A stretch of DNA of 64,000 bases from Phaeosaccion multiseriatum (Eukaryota > Protista > Ochrophyta, other classes): NCBI GenBank assembly GCA_965112735.1, contig OZ218958.1:1674001-1738000 (forward strand), read 5' to 3'. A program made the position numbers and the translations under genes. Positions 57,938 to 64,000 of this stretch are shown here, one piece after another (the stretch's first letter is position 1; each line of letters opens with the position of its first letter). The notes under the pieces were generated by a model. The model ran no database searches. It was not told where the DNA came from and saw nothing but the letters and a program-made list of their open reading frames with translations.

Positions 57938-59686
57938 CTACGTAAAAGTAGTATCAAATGCCTCGGACCCTGTGTAGGCCTCTCCATCGAGGGGAGGAGA
58001 GAGGGAATTCTCTTCCGTCATATCGTACTCAAACGAGGCAGACAATAGAGAACTCGGGGCCGCTGCTGCTCTGTCGCTGTTGTCATCTTCTCGCAACCCA
58101 TCATGCCCCACTTGCGTGCCCGTTGGATGATTCGCGTATTGTCTTGTTGCTGGCCTCCCCTGCTGCCTCTGCTGCTGCTCTTGATGGTACTGCTGCTGCT
58201 GCTGCTGCTGCTGCTGGGCAAAGGCATAGAGCTTCTCCTGTTTAGAGAGCCGGCGCACCCTCGGCACCTCCCTCCTCTTCCTACGCGTCCGCTCCACCAC
58301 CACAGCCGGCGGCTTGCGGGCGAAGATCTGAATACGAGGGAGCGCTCTCTGCTGGGCCAGTTGGTGCTCCAAGTACATTGCTGCTGGCGTACACGGAGCC
58401 GACCGCACGGCCGCGCCCGTGGCTCTTCCTAAGCTTGATCCGATGGCGTTTGCGCGCCGGCCCTTCCCTCCGAATACGCCCCTATTGCGGCTGGGGCCCT
58501 GCTGCTGCTGCTGCTGCTGCTGCTGCCTGCTCAGAGCCATCCCTGTGCTCACAGACTCCCCTCCAGTGGTGTATGTACCACCACCACCACCGCCTCCTCC
58601 TCCTCCTCCTCCTCCCCCTTCTCCTTCCCCTTCTCCAGCATCACTCCCACGTCCTGATGCCGCTGCTGTTCGTGCCTTGCGTGCTGCATCCACGCCACCG
58701 TCCCTGAGGACGGTGGGGGGACGGTAGTCGTACCGAGAGCCCGCCCCTTTGCCCCCCTCGGCATTCTCCTCTTCTGCCTCCTCTGCCCCGCCTCCACAAG
58801 CGGGTTCAGGTAACCGTCCAGCTGAACCTCTGTGTGTCAGAGGCAGGGGCAGCACTCCTTCTCCTCCTCCTCCTGCGCCCCCTTCGCACCCCCTCTTCTT
58901 GTTCAAGAGGCGATTCGTGTAGAGGATTCGGTGGTAATTATCCCCACGGAACTTCGCCAGCGGGTGGCTCAGAGGATTCCCCCTCCGCGCCGCGAGCTTT
59001 TCTTCTAAAAGCTCCTCATAGTAAGCGAAGGGCCTTTCCCTTTTCTTCCGTTCTTCGTCGCCTACTCCCACTGACATCTCTGCGCCGCCGCCGCCGGACT
59101 CGATACTCGCACTACCGCATCTGCTGACGGAGGAAGAGGCGTGCAGAGAAGCGACTCCCCCACCTCCTTCCCCTCCAGTCGGTGAGCGGGGCCTACGCCG
59201 GCCCTTCCCAGTGGCGAGTGTCTCGACCACCCGCTCCCTGCCCGAGTGGTCCTTCCATCTGCCTCGCGGCGCCTTACTTTGGTCAACGGGCAGTGCTGCG
59301 TCTTTCCAGTGCTCCTGCCCGTGAAGCAGCAGAGACCCCGCCGTGCTTGTCGTCACCGAAGCACTCTCGCCCCCTCTTTCCCCTCCTCCTCGGTAGGAGT
59401 GCTGTCTCTCTCCGCCCCCCAGCTCATCGAGGGCCGCAAAATCGTCCCGCAACACGCTACCGCTCACCGCGCTCTCGGTGCCCGTTCGCCGATTCAGGCG
59501 CCGGGCCCGAGGTCCTTCGAGCTGAGTCCTCAAGATTCCCTTGAGAAGGTGCCGCCTCTCCCACTCTCTCTCTGTGAGCGCCCTGGGAAGAATGCGGGAG
59601 GGGGGCTGTTCGTGAAAGGCGCTAATGGTGATGGAGCCCCCCCCGCCCCCATCCCACTGCTCGTAGTCATCGAGCTGATATACCAT
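57938..59686 (-). CDS. Hypothetical low-complexity protein, 582 aa, single exon
   Basis: Long ATG-initiated ORF with mixed composition, divergent from the ABC1 kinase gene. No recognised domain. Confidence 0.55.
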   Translation of the reverse strand: MVYQLDDYEQWDGGGGGSITISAFHEQPPSRILPRALTEREWERRHLLKGILRTQLEGPRARRLNRRTGTESAVSGSVLRDDFAALDELGGGERQHSYRGGGERGGESASVTTSTAGSLLLHGQEHWKDAALPVDQSKAPRGRWKDHSGRERVVETLATGKGRRRPRSPTGGEGGGGVASLHASSSVSRCGSASIESGGGGAEMSVGVGDEERKKRERPFAYYEELLEEKLAARRGNPLSHPLAKFRGDNYHRILYTNRLLNKKRGCEGGAGGGGEGVLPLPLTHRGSAGRLPEPACGGGAEEAEEENAEGGKGAGSRYDYRPPTVLRDGGVDAARKARTAAASGRGSDAGEGEGEGGGGGGGGGGGGGGTYTTGGESVSTGMALSRQQQQQQQQQGPSRNRGVFGGKGRRANAIGSSLGRATGAAVRSAPCTPAAMYLEHQLAQQRALPRIQIFARKPPAVVVERTRRKRREVPRVRRLSKQEKLYAFAQQQQQQQQQYHQEQQQRQQGRPATRQYANHPTGTQVGHDGLREDDNSDRAAAAPSSLLSASFEYDMTEENSLSPPLDGEAYTGSEAFDTTFT

Positions 59687-59956
59687 TCTTCCTCATGGCA
59701 TTGCTCCCTCTTCTCTCTCACCCCCTCTTTCTCACTCTCTTTTCTCTCTCTCTCGCTCTCTCTCACTCTCTCTCTGACTTGCCTTCCGTCTCGCACATCC
59801 TCTTCTCCGACGACGCCGAAACAGCTTCCTTGACATAATTTTTCCCTCCGGCCCACGTTTTCCGCCTGCCTCGTCACACATCGAGAGGGTGAGTTTCCAC
59901 GCACAGAGGAGGGAAAAGGGGAGGAGAAGCAGCAGCAGTCAAGTTTACAGTGCGCA

Positions 59957-61432
59957 ATGTGTGGATGCCGAAGCAGAGGTAGTAGCAGGCAGTCGTGCTT
60001 TGCTCTTTGCGTTGGGGTGGGCATGCTCTCCTCAGCGGGAAAGGCTCTGGTGGTGAGGCCTTTACTTTCGCAGAGCCTCGCCCGCAACATCAGGCCCCAA
60101 AGCAGCACTACTCGCAGGATCTTTAGCGGTGGCGCTGGTGTTCGAGGTCGGCAGTGGCCTGCGTCGAGAGTTGTGGGATCGTTGGCCGCACAAGAAGGAG
60201 GAGCCCGCGATGGTGAAAGAACAACTGCGACTCTGACCAAACCCACCACGGTGACAGTGGAGGTCGGAGAAGAGGTGGCGGCGTTGTTCCATGACGAAGT
60301 AACGTGGAAGCAGGAGACAGCGGCGGGGACAAGAGCTCCTCAACCGGCACCCGCAGCTCGCCCCCCCTCCAAGGCTGCTCCAAAGCCGCAGTCGGTGGTG
60401 GACCAAGCTAAGACGGCCACTGTCACTGCAGCGGCAGCAGCGGCAGCTGCGGCGGTCAACCAGGCAGTGAGCATGCGGAAGCTCGAGGCGCCTGACGTCA
60501 GCGTCAAGTCGTTCGTGCAAATGTCCGATGATGATGATAGACTGGGCAAGGTTGACGACGTGGGTCTTCCTCTGGTGTACGACAAGGTGCGTATATAGCG
60601 AATCAATTTATGTGCTATATAATTGTATATAATTGTAGGGGGGAGTGTTACCATGTCGGCGCCTCTCTTGGGGGCTCTTATGCTTATCAGATATGTCGCG
60701 CTTCTGGACCCAAGGCATTGGGAGGGTATGGCCACTCGACCTCAAGGCATTGGGAGGGTATGGCCACTCGACCTCAAGGCATTGGGAGGGTATGGCCACT
60801 CGACCTCAAGGCATTGGGAGGGTATGGCCACTCGACCTCAAGGCATTGGGAGGGTATGGCCACTCGACCTCAAGGCATTGGGAGGGTATGGCCACTCGAC
60901 CTCAAGGCATTGGGAGGGTATGGCCACTCGACCCAAGGCATTGGGAGGGTATGGCCACTCGACCTCAAGGCATTGGGAGGGTATGGCCACTCGACCCCAA
61001 GGGCTACCTCCCGGCTGCGACTGGCGTTTGCCCCTTCCCCCCCACACCCTCGCGCGTGCTTCCCTTTGCCTTTTTATCGACCTCCCCTCAGTCCTTCTCA
61101 AATCCTTTCCTATCCACTCCGTCTCTCTCTTCCTCATCGTGCTCAACCCCCCCCCCCCCCCCCTTCTTCCTGCGCTATCCGCCTCAACTCAACACACGCT
61201 TGCTTGTAGAATCTCATTGAAAAGTACTGGAAGGACCAGAAGGGCGCCCTCTCGCAGCGCTGGAATCAGTTCCTGGGCTTGAGCGTGCCTTTCCTCACCA
61301 AGATTGCGGGTAAGGGGCGGAGATGAAGCCATCATCATAGGCACCAGTATGTGTGTGCGCGCGCGCTGCGTGTGTGTGCGTGTGTGTGCGTGTGTGTGCG
61401 TGTGTGTGAGTGTGTGTGCGTGTGTGTGCGTG

Positions 61433-61470
<38 letters not shown>

Positions 61471-63452
61471 CCCGTGTGCAGGTGGCACATAGCCCTATAC
61501 CTTATGTGTGTGCTCAGCGAGATAGGAGGGGAAGAGAGAGGGGGAGACTCTGACGGACTCTTCTGTGGTGTGTCGCCCCGCACAATTCCATGTACTTATT
61601 CCTCCTGCTGCCGCTGCTCCTCGCCCCATCCATCCCCTCCCCAGCGATGCTCGTGACGGGCGGTGTGGAAGAGATGGGCAACAACGACAAGGCCCTCGCC
61701 AAAGACGCACGCATCATCCTCGAGAAGCTCGGCCCTACGTACATCAAGCTCGGCCAAATGATGAGCGTACGGCCGGATGTGCTGCCCCCCGGGGCTTTGG
61801 AGGAGCTCGCCAAGCTGCAAGATGCAGTCAAGCCCTTCAGCACTAAGGTTGCTGTGGCGACCATCGAGGAGGAGTTGGGAGGCCCGCTGGGGCAGTTCTT
61901 TTCGGAGATTAGCGAGGAGCCGGTGGCGGCCGCGAGTCTGGCGCAGGTGAGGGAGAGAGGGAGGGAGGGAGGGAGAGTGGGAGAGAGAGAGGGAGGGAGA
62001 GAGAGAGGGAGGGAGAGAGGGAGGGAGGGAGGGAGGGAGGGAGGGAGGGAGGGAGGGAGAGAGGGAGGGAGGGAGAGAGGGAGGGAGGGGAGGGAGAGAG
62101 GGAGGGGAGGGAGAGAGGGAGGGGAGGGAGAGATAAGAATTGGGGGGGGGGGAGAATGGTTGTGAACGTCAGTAACGTATCGGTACTCTTTCTCTCGCAC
62201 ACACTCGCACACTCGCACACACTCGCACTTCCATAAACGCACACAGGTGTACAAGGCCACGCTCCTGACGGGCGAGGAGGTGGCAGTGAAGGTGCAGCGA
62301 CCCGACGTACTGCAGGCAGTCAGTAAGGACCTGTACGTGCTAAGGAGAGCTGCCGAGGTTTATCAGGGGCTGGTGGAGCGCCTCGCGCCTCAACAGAGGA
62401 CCAATTATGTCAGTTTGCTCAACGAGTGGGCAGTGGGCTTTTACACCGAGCTGGACTTTGTGAACGAGATGAGGAATCAGCAGAGGGTGAAAGAGATGAT
62501 GGAGGAAGGCCCGGAGAAGGTGCCGGGGGTGGTGGTGCCGGCGGTGTTTCCGGAGCTCACCACCAGGCGTATCCTTGTGTCGCAGTGGTTGGAGGGGAAG
62601 AAGTTGGGCAGTTGTGATCCGGAGGAAATCAAGCGGCTCACACCCATCGCACAGGTGAGAGAAAGAAAGGGAGGGCGTGTGCATCTTTTTTTAAGGTTAC
62701 GTAAGTTTGGCGTGAGGCATTGTTCAGATTCCGTGACCAGCGAAGATTTGGAAGAGAGGGAGATGACTAGCTTTGAATGTGTGCCTTACATGTTCCTCAC
62801 AGATGGAGGAGTACATGGGTATATCTCTAACCTCTCCTGACTGCGTTTGGGCTACTCCTTCTCACTTCTCACCCCCCCCCCCTTCCCCCAATCTATGCTC
62901 TCCCTCTCTCTCTCTCTCTCCCTCTCTGCCTCCCCGCCTTCCAACACGAGTAGGAGGCTTTTCTGGTGCAGCTTCTCCAGGTAAGGGACCGAAGTGAGGA
63001 ATAGTCGGATACTCCTCTGCAATAGCCGATACTGCTCTGTGTAGCCCGATACTGCTCTGCAATAGCCGATACTGCTCGAGAGGGGACTGAATTGAGGAGC
63101 AGCTCGATATTGCTATAGAAGGGGCCGAATTGAGGAGTAGGGGAGTAGCCTGACACTGCTTTTACGATAGCCCGATACCTGCTCTTGTTGCTTTTCCAAC
63201 ACCCCCCCATACGCTCCTTTGTCTTTGTCTCTCGATACCTATAACCCCGATACCCAACCTCGATGCCCAACCTCGACACCCAATCAGGTGGGCTTCATGC
63301 ACTCCGACCCTCACAGCGGCAACATGCTCGCTCTGTCCGACGGCTCAGGCCTCGGCATTATCGACTTCGGACTGGTTGCCACTGTGCAGCAGGAGGTAAG
63401 ATTACATGTGGTTAGGAAAGAAGATCCATGATGGGGAGGAGGTGTGGTGTGT

Positions 63453-63493
<41 letters not shown>

Positions 63494-63727
63494 CGTGCGT
63501 GCATTCCTCTCTTACACCCACCTTCGTCCCCCCCCTCCACGCCCCCGGGGACACACACATACCCACCACTTCCCGCACACACACCCACACACCCATTGAC
63601 TTAAAACCTATAGGACATGGACACGATGGTGTCAGCGATCATCCACCTCGCCAACAAGGACTACCCCTCCCTCGTTGATGACTTCATTGCTCTGGAGATA
63701 CTCCCCACCGATACAGACCGGGCCAAG
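59957..63727 (+). CDS. ABC1/UbiB atypical kinase, probably plastid-targeted; continues beyond the window
   Basis: [62 protein letters not shown] and DFGL across GT-AG introns, including a 27-nt exon near 62953-62980. Confidence 0.92.
60711..61000. repeat. 32-bp minisatellite x9 (CAAGGCATTGGGAGGGTATGGCCACTCGACCT) in ABC1K intron 1
   Basis: Head-to-tail near-identical units with no spacers. Confidence 0.95.
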
Positions 63728-64000
63728 GTAGGGAGGGGAGGGGAGGGGAGGGGAGGGGAGGGAGGAGAGGGGAGGGAGGAGAGGGGAGGGAGGAGAGGGG
63801 AGGGAGGAGAGGGGAGGGAGGAGAGGGGAGGGAGGAGAGGGGAGGGAGGAGAGGGGAGGGAGGAGAGGGGAGGGGAGGGAGGGGAGGGGAGGGAGGGGAG
63901 GGGAGGGGAGGGGAGGGAGGGGAGGGGAGGGGAGGGAGGGGAGGGGAGGGAGGGGAGGGAGGGGAGGGAGGGGAGGGAGGGGAGGGAGGGGAGGGAGGGG

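Noticed and set aside
60711-61000. Possible CRISPR array (32-bp repeats)
   Set aside because: Units are head-to-tail with no unique spacers, lie in a eukaryotic intron, and no cas genes are present.

Overview
Eukaryotic, intron-rich genomic DNA, most likely from a photosynthetic stramenopile (ochrophyte). This is inferred from bipartite signal+transit presequences on glutamine synthetase and an ABC1 kinase. Introns and some exons are packed with microsatellites, so most ORFs in the six-frame track are artefacts. I can assemble about 12 genes by GT-AG splicing: the 3' end of an S9B dipeptidyl peptidase, an AP endonuclease (ExoIII family), CDIN1/C15orf41, VPS41, a TM-F-box-cytochrome b5 protein, a large beta-helix receptor TKL kinase, an ankyrin-like repeat protein, a 13-exon J-domain/FN3/RanBP2-ZnF/4xCCCH/SAM/RING protein, plastid GSII with a 12-nt microexon, SUMO, an orphan ORF and an ABC1 kinase that runs off the window. 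The main mobile element is a 5'-truncated CRE-like (RT + restriction-like endonuclease) non-LTR retrotransposon at 1575-4075. It has a perfect 14-bp CA-rich target-site duplication, a (CA)n tract inside its own 3' UTR and a terminal stem-loop that recurs as three solo copies elsewhere in the window. Other unexplained structure includes a dispersed 15-mer (CTGTATCACCAACTG) in introns and exons, a 27-bp motif 165 bp upstream of two ATGs, MITE-like inverted repeats, and microsatellites that grow out of splice donor sites. All calls come from reading the sequence by eye; no database searches were run.
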